Source: Lingula anatina (lineage: Eukaryota > Animalia > Brachiopoda). From it: DNA of 64,000 nucleotides. A program made the translations under genes and the position numbers. Shown in pieces: positions 14,025 through 27,523 of this stretch. Numbering within the stretch: the first letter of the stretch is position 1; every line of letters starts with the position of its first letter. The DNA is taken from NCBI GenBank assembly GCA_051362555.1, contig CM120645.1, positions 11,470,001 through 11,534,000 of the forward strand, read 5' to 3'. A model generated the notes under the pieces. That model made no database searches. It had not been told where the DNA came from and saw only the letters and a list, made by a program, of their open reading frames with translations.

Positions 14025-15087
14025 CGTTTCTACTTGGTCAGTGAAGGATGAAGGTTTGTGAATAATTTATATAAATATTGTGATTAAGTTCAGTATTATT
14101 GGTTGTTTTAAATGGTATCTTAATCCTTTCTTTGTGTGCGTTTCATTCACAATAATTCTTCATTCTGCTATCTGAATTTATTATAGACTTAAACGGTGTA
14201 TTTTAAATTGTATCTTGAAGTTCTTTGTGTTTTGTCAGGTACTAACATAATATCCAAACTGATAGTTTGAAAGCAAAGTTGAAAACTATTCATTTTTGTT
14301 ATCTAAGCGTAATGATATGATTGTGAGCATCTCTATTCATTGAAGAAAACACACAGTTATAAATGTAATTGTTAGTGGGAAATAAGCACTTTTTCCTTTT
14401 CCCTCCATATTATTAGCTGCGCACTTTACATTTTTATTCGATCAAACTCTTCAACTGTTACTGGGTTAGCTGATATCCAGAAATACATTCTAAAAATCAC
14501 GTTATTTTTATTATAAAAACCGTGCCTGTATCTGAAATCTGACGCGCTCATTGTGTAAAATAGAAGCTATCTTTTAAAGAGTGACCCTCTTTGGTGTGGA
14601 CTGACCAATGTAAGCTGGTTATCGATTAGCGTAGGTTTTTGGTGACCTACGGTAAATTCAGGTTGTGCCAGATTGAAGGATTGCGGAATGCATCAGCGGT
14701 GTGCCATTTCATTCGTTTATCTTCGTCTGCCTGTTTATACGGAAGCACTACTGAATGCGTTAGTAGTGAAAAGATTTTAGTGTTTTTATTGCGTTCGTAT
14801 TGTGTTCGAGTTACGTTGTCTTCATCCTAAACCCTTAATGTCTCACAAACTTTCACAGTCCCATTCACAGCAAGAAAGAAGGCGGCAAAGAATATCAATT
14901 GTTCGAGATTTGACCAAAAAAGACCGCTTTTATTATATAGCCCCACTATCCTGATCAATTTAACAATAATAGGCCTACCGGTGACAATGTAACGAACTGT
15001 TGCCTGTATTAGGCCTAAATGATACGACCTTCGGGATAAAGTTCCTTTTCATTCCTGCGCTCACCTTGCACAGAGATCAGTCTTACG

Positions 15088-15250
15088 CAGGCCCGAAGCC
15101 AGGGGGGTTCGCGGGGTTCGAAAGAACCACCCTTTTTGCTGGGAAAAGGTCCACTCTGGGTAAAATTTGACCTATTTGAGGATTTTATGGTAAAAGGTCC
15201 ACTTTTTCAGAAAACGAACCCTCCCTCTGAAATTGCTGGTTACGGGCCTG
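15088..15250. mobile_element. MITE with 6-bp target-site duplication
   Basis: Termini caggcccgaagccag / ctggttacgggcctg, flanked by cttacg at 15082-15087 and 15251-15256. Confidence 0.8.
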
Positions 15251-15595
15251 CTTACGAGTGCCACGCTTGTGGAAGTGACGTCTTCCATAGAGAAAAATTG
15301 CTACAAAATTTTAAGTCCAGTTATAGATTTAAAAACTTATTTCATTTGAAATACGACTAGAAGACGTACTTACATACTATTTTATTGCGAAATGCATTTT
15401 AAAGATCAATAACTTTACCAAAAAGTGAAAAGGAAACTCAATCGTGCTGATATTATGCCCGCTTTTCATGTCAAATAAAGCCTGGAATTTGGAATTTAAA
15501 TCTAAAACGGACCCAAATAAAAATCATCTGCCCACATCCCACTCAATTAAACTGCAGCTAACAAGTTTCATGGTTTCAACAAATCACGCACGACC

Positions 15596-15725
15596 TAGCA
15601 CAAAAATTCATGCGCACTCATATTGACGATTCTTATATGTAGGCCTACTGTCTGTTAACACAGACAGTAGGGCCTACATCAGAATCGTCAATGATAGGAG
15701 TGCTAACGCATGAATTTTCGTGCTA
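15596..15725. mobile_element. palindromic hAT-like MITE (130 bp)
   Basis: TAGCAC...GTGCTA termini, near full-length fold-back, and an 8-bp duplication gcacgacc at 15588-15595 and 15726-15733. An 8-bp TSD with TAG ends is typical of hAT. Confidence 0.8.
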
Positions 15726-15802
15726 GCACGACCATGCTACCGTATGGTGTCGCCGTCCGATTCAAACATTACATTTAACGCTTATAATGTTCATTAAGAA
15801 TG

Positions 15803-18225
15803 TTAATTTTCGCACTGGACCGGTCCCAATGTGAAATAGGCGAGTTCATCGTTGCGTCCTGTATCGCCAAATCTCAGCTCTGACACCGGAAGTTTAGTGA
15901 CGTCAGTGATGTAGCCCTCGTCTTGACGCCAAGTATGGTCGTTCATGTCGCAGTTGCACTTGTTCCCTTAGAAACATAAAATAGTAACCTGTGCAAGTTT
16001 TCAAAAACAGAGGAAATAATTTTTATGGCAGTTATCAAATATTTGAATCAAAACACAGTGCGGGTTCTAACGTAGCTCGATGTCAGATACAATGTAGCCT
16101 ATGTGACGACCCGCTAAGCACAATTTAAGTGCAGATTATTGGATTCGTGAAGTATTCAGTACTTCCAATGGTTAATGTAAAATTTTAAATACAGGGTACA
16201 TAACATACCGGGGTAACTCACCGAACTCACCGCCAGCGCATGTATTTGTTCTTTCACAAGCGCATCCTCCCAGTCTGGGATCCCCTCCAGGCCAGTACGT
16301 CATGCTTTCGCCGTCACGTGACACCCACCATGAATTGGAGGGAACACGAAAGCCGTTTGCGCCAATAGAAGCTGAATAACATTCGTACTTCAAATGCTGT
16401 TTACAGTTAGTCGAGTTGGCCATCAGGGCTGTAAGCTGCCTGATGGTGACGTCATACAAAACACGAACTGTGAGATGGAAAAATAAAAGATATATGTCCT
16501 ATTGAAGCAGTTAGGCAACGCCAATTTGAATTTGGACACTTTATAAAATCTCTCTTGTTATGTTTTACTGTTAATGGCCGAACAATCTCCCTAACCCCAA
16601 TCAAAGGTTTTTATACTTAAGAAACTTAATTAGGTGGAATGTGAACAGGTGAATTTGACTATGGGCATTTGAGAAAAGTAGGCTATAGCAAACAATCAAA
16701 AGTCGTTTTAATGAAATATTTAGCTAATATATTCGATCGTGCTTACTGGTGTTTTAATAATTGTAATAAATTATGTTTGATTTGCTCATCAGATAAAAAA
16801 GGAACTTAAACGAGTCATTCAGAAATTCAAGGTGAGAAAAACATACAAACGTGTGATCCTGCTGGTTCATGACCATCCGTCTTAGTTCGGAGACCTTGGT
16901 CGTGGCCGATGGACGCCGTAGGTGGTGATGACGTCATGGTGCACCACACGTAGAAAGCTGGAACGCCGCCTTTACCGTCCACGTCCAGTAAATAGTGGCC
17001 GTCTTGGCGGTGACCATTTCTCTTCCACTCGGAGCAGCTAGAATAAACTGATAATGCAACATGGGATGAAACAATGTTCGAGAACCATGACCCAATTCCG
17101 TGCTGATTAGCATGATCTCAATGCTTTCTGGTCGTCAAAATTATATTTTAATTTTTAAGAATCAAATCACCTTGATGTGTAAAGCGAAGAGTTGACTTTT
17201 ATTTCTTGCAATGAAATGTAATCTAGAACTCCACAATCGTTTCACTTCATGGATATGTTTTGACCGACGCAGGATCTTTGGTATTTGAGCTAATCATTTA
17301 TTAACGAGGGCAATCATCAAAATTACAGATAACTCTCTAGTGTATCACATACAATAAAATATGGCCCTACCCTGAGGAGAAGCATCTACTTTCGACAAGA
17401 GCTGAGCTCTTTCGTTTTCAATTCTAGTTAACCAAAGCAGCAAATTCCCTTGCTCTTTCTCTAGGGTATGAAGTCTTGTTAGCACGGACGCAAGCTCCGC
17501 TCTTGTGGCATTGTTTGCAGAAACAGCGGTTTGTAGAAGGGGTAGCAAAACCCGATGTGTAACTCCGTCTAGACTGTTCAAGACCGACTGCAACTTCTGG
17601 GTTACCATGGTGACGTTGTCGTATTTCATAGAAACCGCCTGGAGAGATACCATAGGGCACTGTTTTAACGAGGGATTAAAGCCTGGGGGGGGGGGGTGCT
17701 CTCCTTAACGCCTTTTTATCAGTAAATTTTAAAATAAATCTTCATATATTTACATGCAAACAAACACACTTAACTTAATTGGGGGGATTCGCTTTCTGGT
17801 ATTATTCTAAAATCTAGAGCACAAAGTAGTTTAAAACTTGACATGTAATGTATTCTAATTGTTTTACTATCTTCAGCTACCTTTATCCCTCACAAAATTG
17901 GTCGAGCTCCCCTTTGTTCAAACGTGATAGCAAAACATCACAACGAAAGAAAAATCACCTGTGTGAGCAGACTCTGTTCAAGAAGCTTATTTTGAAGTTC
18001 CGCCAACTTCACCAGAGCTGTGTCTCCATCTTTGCCAGTGGTGTCACACGTTCCACGGTGGCCGAGATTGACTTGGTACACACATTGCCCGTCATCAAAA
18101 GAGCATCCTGCTACGGACTTTCCTTGGAGAGAACCTACATCTGTCTTAGGGGCAACAGTTTCAGAACCAACCGTCAAAAAGAAGTGCAAGCTTGTAAAAC
18201 TTACAGTAAGTATTAGTCGGAACAT
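15803..18225 (-). CDS. secreted coiled-coil + CASPR-type fibrinogen-like protein, copy 3 (most divergent)
   Basis: Exons 18225-17959, 17638-17371, 17047-16847, 16467-16231, 15966-15803; ends FTLGPVQCEN*. Confidence 0.85.
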
Positions 18226-20115
18226 CGTTACTGCTTGGTCAGTGAAGAGTGGCCCTTCTGTTAGTGTGGACTGACAAACGTCCGACTGGTGATCGATAAG
18301 CGTAGATAATTAAAGACCTATGGACAATCTTTGTAAATATCAGGTTAAAGTAACTTATGATAGAGGATCAGCGCATGCTTATGTCACCCTCGCCCCCTGT
18401 CGATCTCGTTTAAGAAAACCCCTAAAAATGTGTCCATATACAGAATCGGTGACATTATAATAAATCCAATTATTATGATTGTTTTTAGACTGAATCCGCT
18501 TTTTATCGAATAAAGTTTACTAGTAAATGTAAAGAAATTAAAATATGTATCAGATGGTAGTATATAGAGACACGTGTCAAATTACTCATTAGAACTAAAG
18601 TAGAGTTTTCACCTCGATTTTCTTTTTTTTCCTACAGGGTTTTGTATATCTCCGTTTTCAATATTGTTCTTACTCTGCAGTAGTGTGTATATACATCACG
18701 CGTTCTGCGATGACGACATCTTGTGAGTGGAATGGTAGTTCCTGGAATGGAAGTCCGGTGTCCCTAGATGAGTACAGGTTAGGGCTGATTTTCGTATATG
18801 GTGCGAAAATCACCTGTGCAGAATAAAGGGAAACGGACAACAGTTCCTAACGGACTACCATCCCTATCACGCCGGCTTAGTGGAGAAACCCCGTGATTGG
18901 GCAAGGTTTCTGATCAGCAGATGTAGCACTGAATCCGAGGCTAAGAAAGCCTGGTCAAAAATGTGCAGCATTGAATCCGAGGCTACAAGCAAATTTGTAA
19001 GAGTATTTAGTGTTAAACAGTCGCCATACATTAACGTTTGACTACGCCAAACTTCACTATTCATTGTATCACTCAAAGGGACATCAGAAAACACAAAAAT
19101 TACTTTAATCATTTATTATGTACTTAATATATACTTTAAAAGTGGTGGTTCAACACGGCCTATATTACAGCCTGCTAGGGATAATCAATTGGCACAGTGA
19201 CACGCCCCCTGCTTCTTTTTTAATATTTTGAATATAACACTCCAAACTCTATATCGTTCTTTGACAAACCAGGTAATGGCTTCGGGGGTTGCTAGAATAT
19301 TGATCGTATTTTCTTTTTGTTTGCTACATCTCTTCAATTACCAAGCGTACAAGGGAAAATGTTTATTTTATATTTAAATCACTGATTAAATTATTTTAAC
19401 TCGACTCTGACTAACAAGACGTGTTACACCTTCTAAAATGAAATCTACTTTCTCAAATTCCTAAATATTAAATGCTACAAAATGTCATTGGATTTTTACT
19501 TATGTACAGAATTTTATACATATCAAATGAAAAATCTCTTTATGGAACAAATGAGGCTGGATCTCTTTATCTTTCCCTTCTTGTAAAAAAGCATTGATGA
19601 GAGTAGTATTCGTCCTAAATAATATACACTGAGCTTTCTGGTAACTGTCCACTATGTCGTTACATGAGCAAACTGGCTCAAGTGTACCCCACTTCTTTAA
19701 CTTTACCAAAAATGGTACCTAAGCTTTTGTTTGTAATTATAATTAAGTGGGCTGTTATAATGATAATTGTGCTTTCGGGCTCATTCAAAAACATTTCTGC
19801 TTTAAAGACATGTCAAGAGAAAAAAAAATTGGAGAATTTACAAACATTTTACATTTTTCAGCCAAACTATATGAACATTTTTATCAGCAACTGCAGAAAA
19901 TCTTTCACTTTGTCTTAACCCAGTTTTGAACATAAAAAAATAATGCTCCATTTCTCTCCTGATGAAAACTGTCAAAGATGCTTACATTTTGAATGAACGA
20001 ATGACATTTAAACACTTCTCACTTTCATTAAAAATAACTTTTCGATTTCTTTCTGATAATATTTAATTGTCCATGACTGTTATCGCCTAACACACAATGC
20101 CAGTTCTCCTGATGT

Positions 20116-21326
20116 TTATGCAGCCTGAGGTTCTGCCTCTGTGATCTGACCTTGACCTTTGTTGACATCACTTATACATGCCCACTGGCCCTCTAGGGAC
20201 TCTTTCCACAGGCTCACCTGAAATATACATATATACTCAGTACAAGGATGATCTAATAATCAGATAAGTAATGAATACACCATGAGTTTGTGAAGAGTAC
20301 TACTATGTACATGCCTAATAAGTGCACTCTGTGCCCAATATTTTTCTGGAAATTGATGGCTGATATTACAATCTTGCATAGTCCACATGTCAAATTTAAA
20401 TCATTGCTGTGTGCCAAAATATTGAAATATCCTTAAAAGTGTATGTTATATTCAGAATACATGATATATTTAAAACAAGGCAGCAAAGCTGTCAAATGTA
20501 CAGACAAAAAAACAGAAAATAAAGATGCAAAAAAGGTCATTTTGTCAATTTTGATGCAATAATAAATAATGCTTATAATAGCACTGTCAGTCAACACTGA
20601 ATTTTAATCTTGCACAACAGGTAACATGGTCAATAACACGAGCGGACCCAGAGATATTTTCTGACAGTATTACAAAGTATCTATGTTGATCCATCCTCCA
20701 TTTTGATGGTCTTCCAACAGAAAAAAATAGATACCAGTCAATATAAACTTAATAACCTGACTGTCTTCCGGAAGACCCAGAAGATGGTCTCAATCCACCC
20801 CTTCAATAAGATTACAGTTTCAGGACCATGAGAGTTCAAATTCACATTATGAAAGTCTCAATATTTGAAAAATGATGACAGTGCATAAAAAAATATTACA
20901 TAATGTTTAAAGACATAAAAAACAATACAACTGCTTATGTAGAAATACAGAAAATGTGCAGAGCCCCAGGCAGATGAGAGCCTGCCTGGGGCTAAAAGTC
21001 ACAAATGCAAGTGTTTGAGAAAAAATTATAAAGGAAAACAACAAAACTAGAAAAGCACTTTGAGAGTGCAGACCTCTGCCAAGGCAGCAATTGTTGATTA
21101 TTATTGATAATTGATTGATTATTGATCCGGACCACCACCAAAAATTAATCATTGTCCTCTTTGGCCCACTTCCGACAGTTCCTGAAAATTTCTGCAAAAT
21201 CAGTCCATAACTTTTTGTGTTATGTGGATGACAGACAAACAGGGGTGAAAATATAACCTCCTTGGCAGAGCTTGAGGTAAATATAATTCCAATGAAGCTG
21301 CTATTCAAACTTTTAATCTTCCAGTT

Positions 21327-21375
<49 letters not shown>

Positions 21376-24300
21376 AAACTTATTTGCAATATTAAACAAA
21401 ATTTACCTGCATAATTATCACTGCTTCCTTATTATTAATCTAGCAAAGAGCTTTACCTTTGGGAGTTTACAGGGAAATATCAACAAGTGTGCCTTACGTA
21501 ATCTCATTTAATGGCCTATTAAAGCAAATGACTTTATAACTCTGAAATTAATCTAGTGATACCCAAGGGTAATTTAAAGACTGACCCACTCAAAGGTCTT
21601 CAGGCCCATAAGTCACACCTTAAGAAAAGCACAAAACCATAATGCCCAAAATAGGAGACTACCAATCCTGATGCAATAATACATTATGTTTAACTGCACA
21701 GTCAACATCAACTTATGCACAACAGGTAACACAGACGAAAGTAAAAGCATAAGGCTTCAGGCCCATCAGAGTTCAAGTTTATACTTAGAAAGTGCCAGAA
21801 TGAGAAAAATGAAAATTTCACAAAAAATGCATAAATACAATAAACATGATAATCCAATAGAGCTGGTTTTCTCATGAGCTGAAGGCCCATCCTAAAAATC
21901 GTACTTATAAGTTTAAAATTATAATAAGTAGCACAGTTTTCTTTTCATAATGTTTGCAGTAGCAGTGCAAAAAGATTGTCAATTTTGATGTAACATTACA
22001 TAATAAATTAGAGAATAATTATCACCAATTTTTGTTTAGTGACTATAAATAGGATGGACATGTAGAAAATATGATTACCATTTGGCTTCATGTCCATGGG
22101 AGCTCCGAGTCCCACAATGAATATGCCAAAAAAGATAATGAATATAACACTAAAATGTATAACTTCCAGAAAAAGAAGCCAATTAGACTGCTTTTTTAAC
22201 TCAGGCTACATTTTAGTCCTGTGTTTCTTTTTTGAAAGTTTGACAGTCATAAGTAACACGGTTTTTCCATAATGGTCATCAAGGCAGCAGCACCAAAAAT
22301 TGTGTTTTCTTCTATTTTCATGCAACATTACATAATGCTTAACAGCATAATGACCATCGATTTTTAATAATAAAATATAAGTGTCATGGATTTTCACAAA
22401 ATGTGACTAGCACGGGTCTTCAAGCCCGTGGAGGTTCTAAGTCGCACCTTGGAAATGCCAATATGTGAAAAATTAAATTTTCACAAAAAACTGTTTAATT
22501 GCCAGAAAAATTTTAAGGTCTTCAGGATCATGGAACTTCAAAGTCACACCTTGAAAATGCCAATAAGTGAAAAATTAAATTTTCACAAAAAAACTGTTTA
22601 ATTGCCAGAAAAATTTACCAAACAGACTGCATTGCCTACTGGAGCTGTATTTTAGTCCCATGTTTCTTTCCTGTAAGTTTGAGAACAGTAAGTGACATGA
22701 TTTTCCTTAAATGGTCATCATGGGAGCAGTGCCCAAAATAGGGGTTTCTTCAAATTTTCATGCAATATTACATAATGTTTTACAGCATAATGACCATCAA
22801 TTTTTAATTATAAAATATTAGTATCATGGTTATTCAGAAAATGTGACTAGCAAAAGCCTTCAGGCCCATGGAACTTCAAAGTCACATATTGAAAATGCCA
22901 AAATGTAAACAATACAGCACTGTTCTGAAATGGGTTTATTTCCATTTTTAACACTTTTTAAACATAAAACAAAATAAACAGTTTACTGCCATTTTTATAT
23001 GACCAATGAAGAAAATTGATGAGATGGGAAAAGTATCAATAGAACAGTTTTAAATGCCCAACTTCCTCCATTCTGAGATTCTGAACATAGTGGATGAATG
23101 CATCTGACAAACTGCAATGATATGAGTTTATTTCCATTTTTGACACTTTATTACACAATACATGATAACAAGTTTACCATCATTTTTACAAAATCAACTA
23201 ACAATGTTGTAAAGATGCAGGAAATGCCAAACAAACACATTTACGTATCTTATTAGTTCAATAATGAGACTGTTAACATGCCTAAGAATTGAATGTGAGG
23301 AAATGTGAAAAAACAGCATTATCTTTTAAAATAATGGACTGATTATGCTGATTTTCAAACTCAACCTGCGTTTTAGTAAGATTGGCCCCTCCTGTGAGTA
23401 TAATGACAATTGGCCAATCTGTTTTTCTTATATTGTGTTATCAGTGTTGCATATATACTGAAAAAAGTGAAAAAAACAGCATAAATTCCCTATAAGTGAC
23501 CCGATTGTGCTGATTTTCGAACTTGACCTGCGTATTATGAATATTTATCAGTTCTGTAAGTTTCAAGCCAAAGGGTAAAACAGCTCTTCATTTAATGTGT
23601 TATCAGTGTTGCAAAAATGCTGAAAAAAAGTGAAAAAATAGCCTAAATTCACTAAAAATGACCCAATCATGCTGATTTTCGAACTTGACCTGCGTATTAT
23701 GAATATTCATCAGTTCTGTAGGTTTCAAGCCAAAAGGTCAAATGGTTTTCCATTTATGGTGTTATCGGTGCTGCATATATGCTGAAAAAAGAGAAAAAAT
23801 AGCCTAAATTCACTAAAAATGACCCAATCACGCTGATTTTTGAACTTGACCTGCGTATTATGTATATTCATCAGTTCTGTAAGTTTCAAGCCAAAAGGTA
23901 AAATGGTTTTCCACTTATCGTGTTATCGGTGCTGCATATATGCTGAAAAAAAGTGAAAAAACAGCATAAATTCCCTATAAGTGACCCGATCATGCTGATT
24001 TTCGAACTCGACCTGCGTATTATGAATATTCATCAGTACTGTAAGTTTCAAGCCAAAAGGTACAATGGTTTTCCACTTATCCTGTTATCGGTGCTGCATA
24101 TATGTTGAAAAAAGTGGAAAAACAGCATAAATTCCCTAAGAGTGACCCGATCATGCTGATTTTCGAACTTGACCTGCGTATTATGAATATTCATCAGTTC
24201 TGCAAGTTTCAAATCAAAAGGCAAAATGGTTTTCCACTTATCGTGTTATCGGTAAAAGTGCACGGCGACGGCGACGGCGACGACAGCGACGACGGCGACG

Positions 24301-27300
24301 GCGACGACAGACGCAGATGATGGCTATATGTACAGACACATCTGTGTCTGTACATAAAAAGTTATCCAAATATTTGATATACAGAAGCAAAAATTTATGC
24401 ATACTATAAAAAAGTGTAACACCTTGTTGTGCACTATCACCTGTCTTTTCTTATCATATCTTTCTCCACCTCTTTTAACTACCTTATCAATTATCCCATA
24501 CCTATTTCCCCTTTCACCTAGCTTATATATATATGATTGCATGTCTTTTTTTCCCTTTAACCAACCTTATTATCTCCTCCAGACACAGCCAGTATGTTCC
24601 CTGTAATAGACCAGCTCACGTGCCAAATAACGTCGTTAAATTTGTGCAACGTTTTTGATGACCAGGCGCTGCTTGTTCCATCATTTGTCCATATTATCAC
24701 ACGACAGTCCTGGAATAATCATATTTTTGTAAATGAAAAACCATTTCACTTACAGCTTATTCAATGATACTTATATGAGCATATACATTATTGGTCTAAA
24801 CTAAGTAAATAATTTTAAATATTGGGAGAAAATTTAATACACAAGGTCTAGAAATACAAAACCCATACTGGGAAAACGGAGGCTACCTGAGAACAACTGG
24901 CAATAACGCTTTTCGGCAGGCCTATAGATGGCGCCCATGCCACATCTCGCACCCAGTCGCTGTGGCCCTCCAGTTTCTGTTCCTCCACCCACTGGTCATC
25001 TTCCTCTCTGAAACAAATATTAACAGAAGTCAGTTCCCTGGCTTAGTTGACTAGGATTTCCAAGAGAGTGCTATAACACTGCTCCTGATAGGGTGGTATT
25101 TAAGTTCTTAGAGAACCTGACTTATTTATTTTATTATTATTTTTTTTTTTTTTTTGTGTGAAACTGGGGCCAGGGATGAGACTGCCATTAGGTGAAAAAG
25201 TTAGAAAATATGGTCTGGGGTCATAGGAAAAATTAGAAAAAAATAGCGTGGGGCCCAGGGGGCTGCCTAGGCCAATGATCTTTTTGGCCCCCAAAAAGTC
25301 AGAAATCCATCAGTAGTCAAAAAACTTTCATCCCTGCATCACAGACCATGGTGAAAAAGTCTCTCTCCATCTGCCCCTATTTTAAATGCCTTTTATAAAT
25401 AAATACAAGCTTTTCATTTTCTCATCATGTCAGAAGATTTGCAATGTGTGGTGCAGCAAGAAACTAGCACAGGGTAAATGACTAGTCTAAATCAGACTAA
25501 AACCTTTTCAATCCATACAATAAACTCATCAGAACAAACCTATAGAATATTTAGCTAAAATAAATAGTTTCAGAGGCCATTCAAATTTAATAAGTGTGGC
25601 AAATTTCAAAGTTTCGCTACAAATTCACCTTTGACAAGCAAGCCTTCCCTTAGATTAGATGTAGACTAGGTCCAAACTTTGAATCTGTAATTTGCTCATT
25701 GATTTACAGGGAGTCCAACCCAAGCAAGCCCAACCATCCAACCCAAAACTTTTGTAAGCCTACCATCCATCTTTGGAAATATAGGCTGCCTTTTAAAGCT
25801 AATGACCGTCCAAATGACGACTGGACATCTCTTTGCGAAAAGCCTTGTAGACAAGTAAAAAACCAGTGCTCCTAAAAGCCACACTTACAAACGGATAGGC
25901 AACGACTTGACTTACTTCCATATTTTGACCAGATTATCGCAGCCTCCAGACACAAATCTCTTCACTAGCTGTGGTTTCTGTCCCCCAGACTGCTCTATCA
26001 GCGACCCCGGAACAACTGCCGGGGCCCAAGAGACAGCATTACAGCCTATCTGAAATACACAGAATGTTTCTGTTAGGAATGAAATCCACTGCGAAAATTT
26101 GTCTCATTTAACGTTCACTTACAGTTCTCAATCTGACCTAGAACCTAATGTATTTCTCTTTAAAAGAAAAATGTTCTTAATCTGTTCTAGGACATTCTGA
26201 AGGACTTCCTAAAAACAGTTCTTGAACTATTGAATTCATTAAAAATAACATAAGAACTGTAAAACAAAATACAACAAATGTTCTAGAATAGATTGAGCAC
26301 TGTAAGCGCATGTTTTAACTTTTAAAAATGAGACAAATTTTCGCAGGGGAAAACCACCTGTGTGTACATTTACAGTTACGACTTGATCTTTTCAATGGAG
26401 AAAATATTCATATCAATTCAAGCACAATATTAACATGGACATGGATAGAACCATGTGCACAGAGGAAAAAACTGAAAATTTAATCAAATAAACACTTGGA
26501 CTGACTTAAAAAGATACCTCTTGTTTATCAAAATTTAAGATTAAGCATGAATGAGGTAAATTTTATTGTTAAGACAAATAAAATGAGCCAGTTTGAACTT
26601 ACTTTGATTTAATTAAAATTCTCCAGGTAAATAATTTTTTCTTTACTAGTCATAAATAATTCAAAATATTAAGAAACACTTAATACTCTGAAATATCTAA
26701 TAAAACTTGAGATTGTCTTATATGACATTTTTTATTTCTATAACTTACTGTGTGTGCATTTGTTATCTTCTTGCTGTCCCAGACACCATCACCTATAAAT
26801 AATCAAAGGGACCTGCTTATCATCTGTTATTGTAAAATATTCTCTACAGTTAAAATGTAGACATAACTTGGTGTAAAAACTTGCCAACAACCATTACTCT
26901 GCCGATCAAATGACCAGATCCATGCCAAAACTATTTGGTCACTTTTTGTTTTCAGGAATTGGTTAACTTGTCCATATCAAAGGAGCTTAACTGTTTTATC
27001 ATTTTATGCCTGGTGTTATTACTCTGTCTCAAAGTTGTGACCAACAAAACTCTCTACTTCACCAAATTCCAAGAAAATTATGAACTTGTTATTAGAAAGT
27101 CTAAAACTCACTGGTGAAGTGCTATGCCCTACCTGTACTAGAAATAACTGATATACAGCCATCAGAGCTGCCACATGCAAACAGCAAGCCAAACTCATGG
27201 GGTGCCCAGCACACTGAGTTCACTGGAACAAATAGCAATAAATACATAAATTATTACACAAATAAATTCACTGTATTTTTATGGTGAATTAAGTCAAAAG

Positions 27301-27483
27301 TGTTACTACAAGTAACCCTGATTTTACCAGTATAAGTATTCTCTTTTTTTTTTTACTTGGGGTTATACTAGTACTGGACCTCAAAAGGTACAAATATTTA
27401 TTAAAATTTCTACTTCCAAGTCGCTGTGCCTTCTTGAGTTAGACAATGGGAGAAAATTTTCATGTAAGTTTCAACTCCTTCAA

Positions 27484-27523
<40 letters not shown>

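Noticed and set aside
18860-19000. GC-richer segment with a repeated gca(c/t)tgaatccgaggcta motif, possible ncRNA
   Set aside because: No recognisable tRNA, snRNA or snoRNA structure or boxes by eye. An Rfam/Infernal search would be needed.
20907-24606. Several 60-160 aa ORFs in the SEC13 last intron
   Set aside because: They fall within repeats or microsatellites, or are antisense to a SEC13 exon; no Rep/helicase or transposase motifs.
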